Shown here in pieces: positions 51,290 through 64,000 of a DNA stretch of 64,000 nucleotides. Position numbers and translations under genes: made by a program. Origin of the DNA: Zygnema circumcarinatum SAG 698-1b (taxonomy: Eukaryota > Plantae > Zygnematophyceae); contig CM074812.1 in assembly GCA_037447605.1 (NCBI GenBank), positions 744,001 to 808,000 on the forward strand, given 5' to 3'. Below the pieces are notes generated by a model. The model was not told the DNA's origin, ran no database searches, and worked only from the letters and a program-made list of their open reading frames with translations. Position 1 is the stretch's first letter. Each line of letters begins with the position of its first letter.

Positions 51290-53912
51290 ATGGCGGCCTC
51301 GGTCTCGGTCTCTCTCGCCCTCTCCCGCGCCTCTCCTCTCTCACTTCTCTCCCTCTCCCCCTCCTCCCTCCATTGGCGCCGGGAGTCTTCTCTCTGCTCT
51401 CTCTCCTCTCGCTCCTCGCAGACTCCCTCCCTTTCCTCCGCTAGCAGACAAACGCGGAGGCCATCGCGGCATGGAGCCATGGCTTCGTCTTCATCTTCTT
51501 CATCTTCATCAAAGCAGCAGGATTTTCGTGAGGAGGAAGCAAGCGCCTCCTTCTCCCACGCGGGGGGAGAAAGGCAGCCATGGCTGCTTGCATTGGAAAG
51601 CTTGAAGCCTTCAAGCAGCGCTGGTCTTGCAGCTGCAGTCCCTCTCTCTCTCTTGGGCTCTGCATTCCTCGTGCTTCCAGCCATGGCGGCTGAGAGCAGC
51701 TCCTATTCTCAAGCCAGCTACTACACTTCTCTTGGACTCTTTATCATCTCTGTTCCCGGGGTTTGGTCGCTCATCAAACGCTCGACGAAATCAAAAGTAC
51801 GGCAAACACTATTTGGGGAGTTATCATTTCAAGCATTAGCACACCAATCTAATTCTCTAATTTTCTGAGCCTAAAGCCTTAGGGAGGGAGAATTATCAAA
51901 AGGAAATGTCGCAGGCGACCTTGCGTAGCTCACAACTTCGTTTTAAGCCTTGTGAAGTTCACCGGCGCTTAGAAATTTTCGAAATTGTCTGCCTTCTAAA
52001 GTCCCTTTTTTACTGAAATTCTTGCGATTTCGGAAGTCATGAAAAGTTGGTAAACCGTAATTGCCTGAAAGTCTGCGGAATTACTTTTTTAAGACTTTTT
52101 CTGTGAGACATGCAGCTTTTAAAATTTCTACTTTTGCTTTACAGCCTCAATTCCCTTAGTTCGTCTTTTAGAACTTTCACGTCTCTTGGCAGGAATGCGT
52201 TCAATTGGACTCACTCTGGTCCACATTCTCCATTTCATTCTTCAACAGATTGTGAAGAAAACTTTTATCGTGGATGGTCCCGGAAAGCCCAATTCAAAGC
52301 CCTTAAATCTGATCGCTGGGGAGATAACCTCCTTCTTTACCAGAAACAACTACAAAGTGGCAGACAGAGGAGAGGTTGTAACGTGAGTCTCCTGTCGCTT
52401 TCCCTTCACAGCCATCTCTCCATTCTGAGCGTTTAACTTCATTTACTTTTTGCATGAACTCTTTCCTTCAGCACTCACTCAGAAATTCTCGGCGCTTTTC
52501 GCTTTCTAGTTGAACGTGCTTCCCTAAAATTGTTGTGAAACTCAATTTAACGCAACTGATCAGTCACTTCTCATTCTTTGGTGCCACTTGCTTTGCAGTT
52601 TTGAAGGAATTCTAACCCCGAATCGGAGCCAAGCTGCTTTCTTGGTATTCTGCACACTTCTCAGCCTTGCCAGTGTGGCCCTTGTCCTCACTATCACTGT
52701 GCCGGATGTTGGAGACAACTGGTATTGGCTCATGGTCTTCAGCCCCCTCTCGTAAGCTCACTCACACCTGTACTTATCAGAAACCCCCTCGGCCGCAAAT
52801 GTTTGTCTCCTCCTTGTTGTGCCCTCAGCGAGTGAACTGAAGCACATGCTCATTTGTACACTATTCATTGTATTTAGCGTAAAAAAATGGCACTTAGAGT
52901 GGCCCACACTAATTGCTGTTTTGGCGAAAACACGCACAAAGATAATCTTATGCTTGTTGACAAGCAAACATTGCAGGCAGTAGGGGAAACATTACTACAC
53001 GTACTTTCTACAGCATATTTTTTATAGTTTCTGCCTGTTCAAGCACTTTGTTTTTGCCAGTAAGCATACTCTTCGTAGGTGCCAGGATATTCTTTGATCT
53101 GATTGTCTTCGATGTACCAAATCTTAGTTGCTACTTGGGCTATCGTCGATTGTGCAGTAGTTACAGGGAGTTGTTTACAGTGTATGTTTGTATTATTATG
53201 AATACATTGAGTGTAATTATAGGCAGGTATTTTTAGGGAGTGTAAAATAGAGAAAATCCTCTACTGATTTCGCCATACATCAGTTAGTGTCGATTCATAT
53301 TTCGTATTCAGAGTGGTCCACACTATTAGAGGTAAACTGGGTAAAAAGTGAGTTCACAATTAGGGTGGCCCACACTGAATATACAGACGCAACTAGGTTT
53401 TTACAAGGCATGTGCGGTTTCTATTTCCTTTTTGGTTTACCAGTTTTTGGTTATTGAAAGTATTGATTGTTAGCTTTCTGTATCAAGGGTGGCGATCTCA
53501 TAAAATTTTCCCCTACGGGAAGAAGCACAAATATCCGTAAATTTGATATAGATTAGAAAGTACTTTAGCCAGCTCAGATCCGTATAAAACAGATTCTGAT
53601 GTCGCTTCCGTATACGGGATATAAACTTAAGCCAACGATTTCTTTAAGCTGATAAAGAATAAATAAAGAATTCTTTGGATCTTTAAAACGTGAGTTTGAG
53701 ACCTCCTATTGTCTGAGGCGAGCTGCAGAGGGATTTATTATTGGACGAAGGCCTCTCGGAAGGAGGAGATAAAGGTGAAGATGGTGGTGGCGGATGATGA
53801 GGCAACCGCTGACGTCATCATCCAGGGGGATGATGCTGAGGTCGACCGGTTGAGGAGGGAGCTGGCACTCATGGAGAAGGGGATGATCTATGTGAAAGGA
53901 CTTTTGGAGTAG
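51290..53912 (+). CDS. CCB1: Cofactor assembly of complex C subunit B CCB1 (cytochrome b6f heme ci maturation), chloroplast; exons 51290-51796, 52249-52382, 52599-52751, 53729-53912
   Basis: Ser-rich transit peptide, then YSQASYYTSLGLFIISVPGVWSLIKRSTKSK|IVKKTF..AGEITSFFTRNNY..GEVVT|FEG..SQAAFLVFCT..|GIYYWTKASRKEEIKVKM..GDDAEVDRLRRELALMEKGMIYVKGLLE*. Confidence 0.96.
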
Positions 53913-54376
53913 CAGGTAACGCTAGACTTAACTGACATCATGAAGACGGGCGAGCATACATTGAAAATTTTTGGGTTGAAAAGATAAGGTAAAGAGTTTA
54001 ACCTGCGTAGGGGGATTTTTTGTAAGCTTTTGTGTTACGTTTTTCGTTTTAAAAGGGTCTCTGCGTTATTTTGGGCACCACAGCGCAGTGTAAATGACGA
54101 AGGCCTGAACGTACAACATAGGCGCAGCTCTGAATGTGGCATGTATGCATCACATAATAAAAGAAGTGCGCTTAAATATGGGCACACCATTGCATGAACA
54201 ACCAGCGGCTTCTGAACCACAACAATTAAGAAAAAGGCCGGCCTTCATACATTTCAGAAATGTGAGTGCCGCTCGTCCCACAACCTGATCCGCAAAGAAA
54301 TCCAAACAAACAAACCCAAAACCAGCCACCTACACCCGGCCTCTCTCTACTGTCACAGTCACAGTTAACGTGAACA

Positions 54377-54568
54377 TTACTTTTCGCAAGGGCTATCACG
54401 GCCGCACGTGCAGAAGGAGAGCTTGGAACTGAACAGGAAGTTGCTCGTGGGAGCATTGGCTGCTATTCCTTCCAAAAGAGCGTTGTCTTTGTCAATCCAT
54501 TCTTTGACCTGGAGAGCATCACATCAAGAGAACGGTCGTCCTTTGTATGAGTACGATTTCAGTAAGTC

Positions 54569-54629
<61 letters not shown>

Positions 54630-57600
54630 AGGTAGACATGGAGAGGGAGAAGCTTGAGGAATGTGGCTCGAAGGTTCCACGGCTTTCCAGAGTTATATTG
54701 ACTAGGTGGTGAGAGGCGCGTGCTACCAAACAGCATAGATCATGGTCAACGGTTATTTTTAATTTATAAATAACTCAGCAAGGGACTAGGGGAGGGGGGT
54801 CCAGGGACAGCGACTGGCGAGAGAGGGGAGAGAGAGGGAGGGAATGGAAGAAGAGAGTGGGGAGGATGTGACTCATATATTTGAAGGCGGTATTCCATCA
54901 AGTGCCAATCTCTTTGGATTTCATCCTTAGAAATTAATCTATTAAGGTTGAAATCAATACATATATGCTAACAAACATGTAAAAAACCGACAAAAGACAA
55001 TCTGAGCAACAGAAGCATTACCTCCATTAGCCGGCTCTCCAGGACCCTCTCCACCTCCCGCGCATTCGCTACCTCTCGCTCCAAAGATTCAACCTGGGAG
55101 AAGGACAGAGCGCGAGAGAGAGAAAAAAAGAGTGAGAGAGAGACACATCAGGTCCAACCATAGCTGTATCCACAAATTCCATATTAGAAAAGCTCAAGCC
55201 AATAATGGTCAAAACCGAGGGCTGCTGGTGTATAGATTTTCAATTTTACTAAAAAAAAGAAAATGCACAACATTTAAAATCTGCTAAAAAATTTGAGAGA
55301 TGGTTGATTTATTCTGCAATGGGCAGATGCACGACTCCTTGGTAGGAACTACCATTTACATCAGATTCACTATAAGAAGCCTTCCTCTTTTCCCCTTTTT
55401 CACACCACGAGGCAGAAACATGATTACAATTTCACAAACAAGTTAGCATCCCCCACCTCTAACCCTCAACCCATTATGAAACCCAATGGGTGTTCCAGAC
55501 AGTAGGGGCTTACTTTTTAAAAAAGATCCAGTCTTCTGGAATTCGAAATCAATACACCCTTTTAACGCGAAATGGATAGTAACAGCGAAATCCGAGGTAC
55601 TTACTTCAAGACGAATTCCAGATTGAGTTTTCCAAGTCTGTAACCTCCTAATGAAAAAATAAATGACGGGAAAAAGAATATATATTGGTAGCTGATGGGC
55701 ATACCTGACCAGAGCCAGAAAGGCCGCGGAAGGGTCCATCTTCGAGGTCCAAATCAGCAACCATGTGGAATGCAGGTCCAACAGAATGGGAAGAAACAGA
55801 AGGAGGAGTAAACTCCTTGCTGGAAGGAAAGCCGGACCCGCCGCCTCCTTTTGAAACCTTGCCATCGTCACGTCTCACTTGCCATTCCTGACCCATTAAA
55901 ATAACAACACATACAACCACAATTCAGCTTCACATTGCTGCGTACCATCTACTCATATGCATACAACTGCCAGGAAATTTCTTTGTTCATTCTCAGGCAC
56001 GCCGGTAACAACAGAAGTCCCTAAGAAGATGGATGTAGCAGAGCATACAGGAACCAAATTCTTATCAAGTGTATCAAAACTAAATGATAGCAAAACATGA
56101 GCATACCTCTAGCCTTTGTTGCAAAGTAAGGTTCACATTAAGTCCATCTGCATTACCACGCTGCTCCTGTACATGGTTTGCTCCTTTCCCTCCCGCAGCT
56201 GCAAAGCCTCCGCCTTTCTTTACTTTCGAAAAACCATCCTGCCTTTCTTGTTTATCCTGCTGCGTCTTCTCAGATTGAACGGAAACTGAATCACCTTTTC
56301 CTGGTCCATCCACTCTACTAGACTTTGTAACAAACACATTAGACTCTTCCACACTAGAAGCTTCTTTCTTCTGAAGTCTTGCGGCTGTACCCTTCGCAGT
56401 ACGTCCAGTTCCATGAGGGGAATCGCTGACCCCAAGCTTTCCGGCATTACTCAATCTCACTTGCGAATGACCCCCTCTGTTATGGACATCGCTCTCATCA
56501 GCAGTCTTCCTAGCAGTAGCCCTCTGTTGCTCTGACACATTTACTTCCAAACCTTTAGGATTAATGGATGTAACTCCTTCCTCTTTCCCTATGCCAGAAG
56601 GTCGATGTTCTATCCCAATAGACGAGCATTCTGAGCCTCCACCATCCGTTATCTCTTTCTTTAATCCCGCCCCATTATTGCTCCCAACCTTAACTACTAC
56701 TACCTGTCCATCAGAATCTCCATCATTAACTGAATTATCCTCAACAGACCCTACTTTTCTTTCAGCTCCCGCTGCCGCTACTGGCCCAACCTGTAACTGT
56801 TTTGGCCCCTTCAATTTCTCTCTCCCATCCTGAGCTGCATCACGCGTCGGAGTCTCCTTTCTACTTCGTGCTGTCTTGTTTTCCACACCCATAATTTCAG
56901 CATGATTCTCCTCACTATTCTCACTCTGTTTAACCCCTCGCACACAGGAAGCTTCTACTTTTTCCACAGAGCTTCCACCAAGATCATCACCTGTTGCTCC
57001 ATCGTTGCCTTTGCCCGTCCGTGCAAGCAAGTTCTGTTCCTTCTCCATCATCTCCCGTTCGCGCCGTACCTTTAGATTCTTCCTCTTCTGCTCCTTTTGC
57101 ACCTTCTGCTCCTTCTGCTCCTTTTGAATTTGCTCCTTTTGGTCCTTTTGAATTTGCTCCTTCTGCTCCTTCTGCTGGCAGCATCCCCACTCGGCTCAGG
57201 TTCAGATTTGGTGCAATTTTTCACCTCCCTCAGCTGACCATGGCCTGCGCAGGTTCATGCGCATGCATACAAGGAATCACTGCGGCGATTGAGACTATTA
57301 TTTTAAGGGGGCTGAGACAGCAGTAGCCTAATAGATAGACGGCACAATTGGACCACTTGAAGGAAGTGATACTCGACGTAATAGTTAGTGGAACATCGAT
57401 TACTTTGGGAAATGACGGGCAGTCTATGTAGTTGCCCCTTTCAAACTGTTTGGCCCAGTTTTGCCCAGATTTACCAGTATTGGCTGTTATAACAAACAAG
57501 AAAACAAGCATATAAGCAATTATACAGTCAAATGTTTGGAAAATGGCGATGCATCGTTGATAGCCGGCCAATTCTAGCACGCCGATATGTGTAAGGAGAT

Positions 57601-60600
57601 ACCTGAACCTACAGAATACGTGCCAAAAATTCTCCCTATCTATACTAATCTCATTAATAGTATATGCCAGGGGATTCCACGGGATTGGAAAAACTAATCA
57701 GAAGTCAGTTTGAATCCCGAGTTACAGAAATAATTAGTTGGTAGACATTCAACAATGGATGCACAGGTATTTCACAAAGTGATGTATTCTGATCAAGATT
57801 CAGGCCTGCAGTGAAAGAACCTTGTAAAACTGAAGGCAGCATGGAAGTAGAAATGTTCATGTTCAAGGGTCTCAGTTGCCAACTGAAAATGGCAACAAAG
57901 ACCATAAAGCTGCCTAATCATACCTAAAACCTATCCTGTTCTCAAATTAAACAGGACAATTCGGGAACTGCCCCGAATTCATTCATTCAACCAGCAGGGC
58001 CAAAACAAAGGCCTTGGCTCTGATAAGGGTCACTTCTCTTGAGACTGCTTTTATAATCGCTTGTTTGACCCTTTTTGTGTACAACAATAAGGGTCATGCA
58101 TCTGACTTTCAGGAGTCACCAGAAGCTGGTTATTCGAGAAATACTTCAGCCAATGCTTGTGGCCATACGACTCATAACCCTTTTGCCAAGCATAAACAGT
58201 AAAATCTACTAAAAACCAAAACACTTAAGAAACGTATCTTTTGCACTGCTTTTAAATTCAGCCACTTTGCATAACAGACGCTACATGCACAACTTTTAAC
58301 GATCAGGCTGTGCTGTAACCTACATCTGATAAACTAGATAAAGGAGAAGGGGGAATGAGTAGCTTGAAAAGCACACCTTCTGCCGGTTTAGCATGTGTTT
58401 GGTGCCGTTCCCATCTTGCGAGCCTTCACCAGCCTCCCCACCATCCCTATCGCCAGGTTGACTGCTTCTGTCGAGAATGTGTCCAAAGTCATTCCCATGT
58501 TCTCCCCCTACATTCAAAACATTGGCCCAGTGAACCTGCAGTTTAGAACCCAATCCCTCTTCACGGACAACATCTCCAGACTGTAGGGTGTTATTAACCC
58601 AAGAAGAATTTTTCGCATAGCTCGAAGTTTTTACTATGTTGTCGTCTTCTCGGAGTCCTGCTTCTGGAGTAGATACAAGTAGAGCTTTGTTAAGCAGAGG
58701 GGAGGTAACCCCACTTGTCGGAGCTAAGAGCATAGGTTTTTCTGTCATCAGTCTGTCATGCCCAGTTCCAACCTCCCTTTGAACCAAAACTTCTAAATCT
58801 CCTGCCGAGAGAATTCCATCACTCCCTTGGCTTGCTGCCCAATTCATCCCTTTCTGCTCTATCGCTCCTCCAGACCAACCATTGCTAGTCATGGGAAGTG
58901 GGGCTGTTGCGGACGAGCTGATCTGATTACTAAGAACAGCCATTTGCTCGACAGAACTGCTTGCAAACATCATCTCACTGCTGGCAGCAAATTCTTTCGT
59001 TGTTGAATTGTTCAAGCCCCCAAGAGGAGACGACAAATATGTCGGCGGCATCGGCACTGACAAAACTCCGGTGAGAGATTCAGCCATGGCAGAGTTCAGT
59101 CCTTGACTTTGAAAATGTCCAGGCTGAAGCAGGAGTTGCAGGCCAGGTAAGGCCCCATTAGGGAGGTGTGTTCCAGAAAATTGATTTAAACCAATCCCAC
59201 CAGACTGTGCAGCAGCTATCTGCAAATGGTTTCCAGGCTGGTTAGCCAGCTGGTTACTCAATAGCTGACCAGTAGAGGTCTGTTGAAAGGCAGGTCTTGA
59301 AGGAAACATGGGCTCTAACTGCGGGCCCAACCTTGCAAATGGGCCAGAAAACGTTCCAAAACCAGTTGGTACATAGTTGTTAGGGGGATATGCTCTCCCA
59401 TTTACTGGCATGCCAAAATTTGGTAGGGGAGATACCATATGGTGGGCTCCTGACTGCTGCTGGAATAGCAAAGCAGGAGGAATGGGACCTCCAAGATTCG
59501 TATTTGCAGTGTTGTTAGCTGTTCCTCCAAGAGGGAGAGGAGGAGGAGGTCTCTGTCCAAATAACCAGCCAATAGGAGAATTCTGCAAAGTCGAAGGGAG
59601 CCCTGCAGGACGGGTCTCGGGAAGCCCTCGACCAACGGCCATGATCGCAGGATCAACAAATTCTAAATCTGCTAAAGAGCTGTCCAAAACGGGAGATGGG
59701 ATATTTGCAGGGGAGCTTGAAGGAGGAGGAACAGTGCCCTTGAGAGGGAGAGAAGAAGAGAGAGTGGAGACTGAGGGTGTTGGAGAAATTTTGGGGACTG
59801 CTGCAGTCGTAACTCCTGCATGAATCCAGAATATTGTCGGAGTAATTAACATGTTAGTTGTTAAACAGTCAGTGACAGTTAAAAGAGTCACAACGAATGA
59901 GCAGGACTCGTCAACATTTTCGCGCACTGCTGAAGCGATCATTCCATTAAACAAACAAAGAGAAAAGCAGGTGCAGAGCCAAAACTGATGGAGGACGCTC
60001 ACTTATACAAACTTTGAGTGCCCACTTCAAGATGTTGATTGACTTTCAATTCTCTGTAAAGTACATAATGCGACAAATGATTGGCAATACCTTGAGGATT
60101 TGTGAATCCAGGTGGCACGCTGAAAGCAGAAGATAAACTTGGCGTGTTTAATGGAGCAGACATGGCAGGAGATAATAGAGGAGCAGAAAATCCTGGAGGC
60201 GCAGTAAGGCCAGATACAGCTGCAGAGCATAAACAGTTTCCATCCACATTATCAGGTTACAGGTTTCCCTGAACCCTACCAGATTCCGTACAAAGAACAT
60301 ACAGCAAGAGTTTCACTTATCACACTCTGAAGGTCCAGAAAAAAAAAACAATACTATTGGATCTCTAGCCTCTTTCGTGCTTGTGAGAGAAGCATATTTA
60401 ATCCATCGAAAACAACTCCAATAAGGCGTGTGAAACTTAACAACATTTTACGAGCATTACGAAAAAAAAAGGTTACGGAAGTACTCCGCTGCAGGCGGAT
60501 CGCGATGTCCCACGAGTACTCGTTTTGGTGACGTTTTTTTAAGTTTGATATGCCCTAATATGCATGATGAGTATCATTGGGATTAAGTTTAGGCAATATA

Positions 60601-63600
60601 TGGAAGGAATAAAGGAAATCAAACTTACCAGCAGACCTGGCTGTTGGTGCAGGTGAAGGGTTTGCAAAAGCAGTTGAGGTTGAAAAAACCTCAAAAGGGA
60701 ACGGAGTCTGAACAGGGAAGCTTGTTGTCTGCATAGGTCCCTTCTCCTCTCCTACACTTACAGAGGAAGGACATTCTGGCATAGAGCTGCTTCCAGGAAC
60801 ATTTGAAGGTAGAGAAGCCTCGTCTCCGCATGCATCCATGGCCTTGACATGATAGCCATTCTTTACAGGTCCGGCAAATGGAAAACTGCTACTAAATAGA
60901 GAGCTTTCACTGACGTTTTCACCCACATCTTCAGCCTCATTCTCCAGACGAGCAAATTGGAATCGCGATTGCTTTGCTGGACCAGAACCTCTCATTGAGC
61001 CTGTGCTGGCATTTACCCCCAAAGGCTGAGCTGAAATAGGCTTCACTCTATCAGTACCAACTCCACTGAACAACAACTTAGCCAAATCTCCAGGAGCCCC
61101 AAAGGGACCATCTCCCCAAATATCAAAATCAAGCCCCAAAATGTCTGCGATCACACTCGAATCGTCTTTCTCCTTGCACAAAGGGTCTCCTTCAATCTTC
61201 ATCCTTTCAGCCGACACTGAATGGATAACCTCGTCCTTCTCTGCCTTACGAGCACTTCCTATTTGACCTTCATCTCCCGATTGCCAGTTAGGGCTAACAG
61301 TAGAACATGCACCTCCAACAACGGCCAGAACGGAAGAGTCGGGAAAGTCAAAATCAGTATGTGCTGAAACTTCACCGAAAGTAGGAGATACTCTTTTTCC
61401 AAACAGACCCTTGAAGCTGTCCGCCTGCTCCACACTCTGAATTTCCGCAACACTTTCTGACAGTTTCGACATTCCTTCTTCCTCAACCTCGTCTTGAAAC
61501 TCTGCATCTACCTCTTCAAGAATTGCAATTTCAGAGTCTGGAAGAGTATCAGGTTCCGTAATTGAGCAAAGCACATCCACCCCGAAGCCTAAGAGCCCTC
61601 CGTTCTCGGCATTAAACTCATCACTCTTCCCCACAACTGATGTAGGTCCATTGGTAAGAAGCTTATCCTCCTCCTGTGAAAGGGAGGAGGCTTGAAACGA
61701 ACTACCATCACTGCCGTTAGTCTCCTCAGCCTCCTTCTCAGAACTAGCCATAGAGGCTTCTGTACAAGAATCGTAGTCAACCTTATCGGATTCTCGGCAC
61801 TTTCTATTTCCAGTCTCACACTCAGCTGATTCGTGCTCAATCCTTTCGCTGACTTTCTGAAACGCCGCATGCGATGGAAGCTGATCACCACTCTCTGCCC
61901 CTCCAGATCGTGAGGATTCTCCATCACCATCATCATTCGTCTCATTGTTCTGCTGCCCTGCCATTACATTAGCTGCAATTTCAAAGGGAGTGCCCATCTT
62001 TTCAGTGGCAACTACCTTATGAGCTACAACACCCGAAACGTGCAGGCCACGCATAGCAACTGCTGCGGCATTTCGTGCTGCACCGGCACTAGCAACTGCT
62101 GCAAAACTGCTCGGCTTTAAACCCTTTGTCACTGCTCCACTCAACTCTCCATTGCTTTCTGTGCTCCCTTCCTTTGCCAAGCTTGGAGCTCCTGCTTCTA
62201 GAACAGATGAGAATGAAGGCGCATTAGGCCATGGTACTGTAGGAAGGGTTTGGGGACCTTGAGAGGATGGAGCTGTAGGGACAATACCATCTGTGCTTAA
62301 GGCAGAACCATTACTTGAAGTGTTTGTAGATGTTCCATTGGCAATTGACATTCCCGGAGGGACTCCATGTGCAACCACTACTTGTCTTGCCCTAACTTTT
62401 ACTTGCTGCTGCATTACAAGAGCAGCAGTTTGCTTTACAGTAGAATCGAAAATACCCTGCCGGATAGGAGGGGATGATCCAGGAGTTACTAACGCAGGAA
62501 TAGTTCCATCAGTATGCCTAAGGAGGGAAGAATTGGTGTTTCCAACACCCATAGTTCCATTAGCCTGCGGTCTGCTTGTAATGGATGAAGCTGATGAAGC
62601 CCCAGGAGATGTGCTAAGGATTAAAGCAGGCACAATAGGAGGAGGATGAGCGCTTGCTTGAATGACTCTTCCACTCAAAACTGCAGCAGAGGGTCGGTAG
62701 ACTCCCTGGGCTGCAGAAATTGGAACTACAGTTGTCCCAGCTGCTACATGTGTACTTGATACCGAGGGTGGGCCGGGCCCGGAAACTCCCACGGTTCGCA
62801 ACTTAGCAGAAGGAGGGGCTGCTACTTTCGTCTGTAAAACTGCTTTAGCTGTAGCTGCCTTAGACCCCCTGCAAAGGACAACGATGATTGTAATGCCCTT
62901 TTAGTGAATGAAATGGGCTCCCTTTCACTCAACTCCTGCAGAGCAAATTGCTGGTGTTTCAGAGTAGATATGCTAAAATGGACTTACCAGGATGCAGCAG
63001 GAGGTAAACCACTAGTTCTTGGGACAGCAGCTACAGGAGTTGCTATTGTTGGCTTTGCAGGGGTAACATTAGGCTGCCCAGAACTCAGCAGTTGGGTTGG
63101 AGGTGGTGGTTGAGCCGGGGAGACAGCAACCGGAACATGGGCCGTCTGAAATGCGGCCCATCCATTACAAATACAGAGGGAGAAATGGTTGGGCTCAAAC
63201 ATTTGTGACATGTTCCACAAATTATTTGGGCACTACAACCAGGAAAAGTAGTCTAAGCGGAATGCAAGCCCTTTTGAAGGACTAAATCAGCCAAAAGCGA
63301 ACACACGTATGATAATTAATAGCACATTTTAGGAACGTTCCCTGAAAAACGGTTTTTGAACACTCACGGAATTTGGAAGGGAATGGAAAGACAATCTAGA
63401 AAACACTTTCATGATTGAAACTGAGTGCATCTCTCTCACTGAAACTGATTGTATCTCTCTCACCATAACAGGAACAGGATCTGGAGGAGGAGGAGGAAGA
63501 CCAGGTCCCGTCCGCCGAGCAGGAGGATGTGTCAAATCATGGAAGGTTTGATGCTTACTGCGCAGGGTTAAAACAGCAATTTTGAGAAGGAGATGTATCA

Positions 63601-64000
63601 GAGGCCTTTCTTGAGCTTGAGAATCTGAACCAGTTTAAAGGGTACATAAGCTCGTTAAGGTAGCGGTCCAACATCCAGAGAGATAAGGGCACAGACATAT
63701 GCTTCTCACCTGCCATACTTGGTAAGCATCTCCTCCTTGGTGAAGCTGTCCTCTTGAGTACCAATTTCATGGAGGTAAAGACAGTCAGGATTGTTGCAGG
63801 TCTGCAGGTTCAACACTGATTTTTCCGTTACGATAGCCGGAACAGGACGACACAACCCTTTAAGCTTGCCAGTCCTTTCTAAGTAAAGCATCACCTGCAA
63901 ATGCTAAGATCTTTAAATACATATTAACTTAAGCAAAAAAAGGAAGGAAACATACCACATTTTTTAGCCATGCATTACAATATTTCGTTGTTCCAAAGCA
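54377..64000 (-). CDS. NOT4: CCR4-NOT subunit NOT4 (RING/RRM/C3H1 E3 ligase), 3' portion; 5' end outside the window; last exon tentative
   Basis: CFGTTKYCNAWLKNV|TCNNPDCLYLHEIGTQEDSFTKEE, LPPAASWG, SSVIADILGLDFDIW, QSRFQFAR, APPGFS and EFVDPAIMAVGRG are all recalled plant NOT4 motifs. Later exons lie at ~57174-56107, 55887-55705, 55092-55021 and possibly 54508-54377. Confidence 0.92.

Overview
Eukaryotic, intron-rich, gene-dense nuclear DNA from a draft scaffold with several N gaps. It is most likely a streptophyte green alga or other early-diverging plant lineage. This is inferred from land-plant-like CCB1, PurU, OSCA, BRP1-like and NOT4 proteins, TTTAGGG/TTAGGG-type repeats and extreme GA/CT microsatellites in introns. 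Manual splicing of the ORF fragments gives about 11 genes, in order: GT14-like/DUF266 glycosyltransferase (-), CSC1/OSCA channel (+), makorin E3 ligase (+), a 130-aa ASF1-fold-like protein (-) head-to-head with a ~159-aa 'LGPLVVxxDGxLxRIxNW' family protein (+), formyltetrahydrofolate deformylase (-, with a GC-AG intron), an orphan Q-rich gene whose exons appear circularly permuted around a 2.4-kb duplication, a PHD-like zinc finger + AAA ATPase (BRP1/ATAD2-like, -), a trihelix Myb/SANT factor (+), CCB1 (+) and the 3' part of NOT4 (-). The main non-coding features are two intronic tRNA-like elements (one resembling plastid trnH with a CTG anticodon), a 2.2-kb intron made of two oppositely oriented telomere-like arrays that could fold back, many G-rich 3' splice sites lacking a polypyrimidine tract, and G-box-saturated GC islands. 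Exon coordinates were read by eye and family calls come from recalled motifs, not from database searches.
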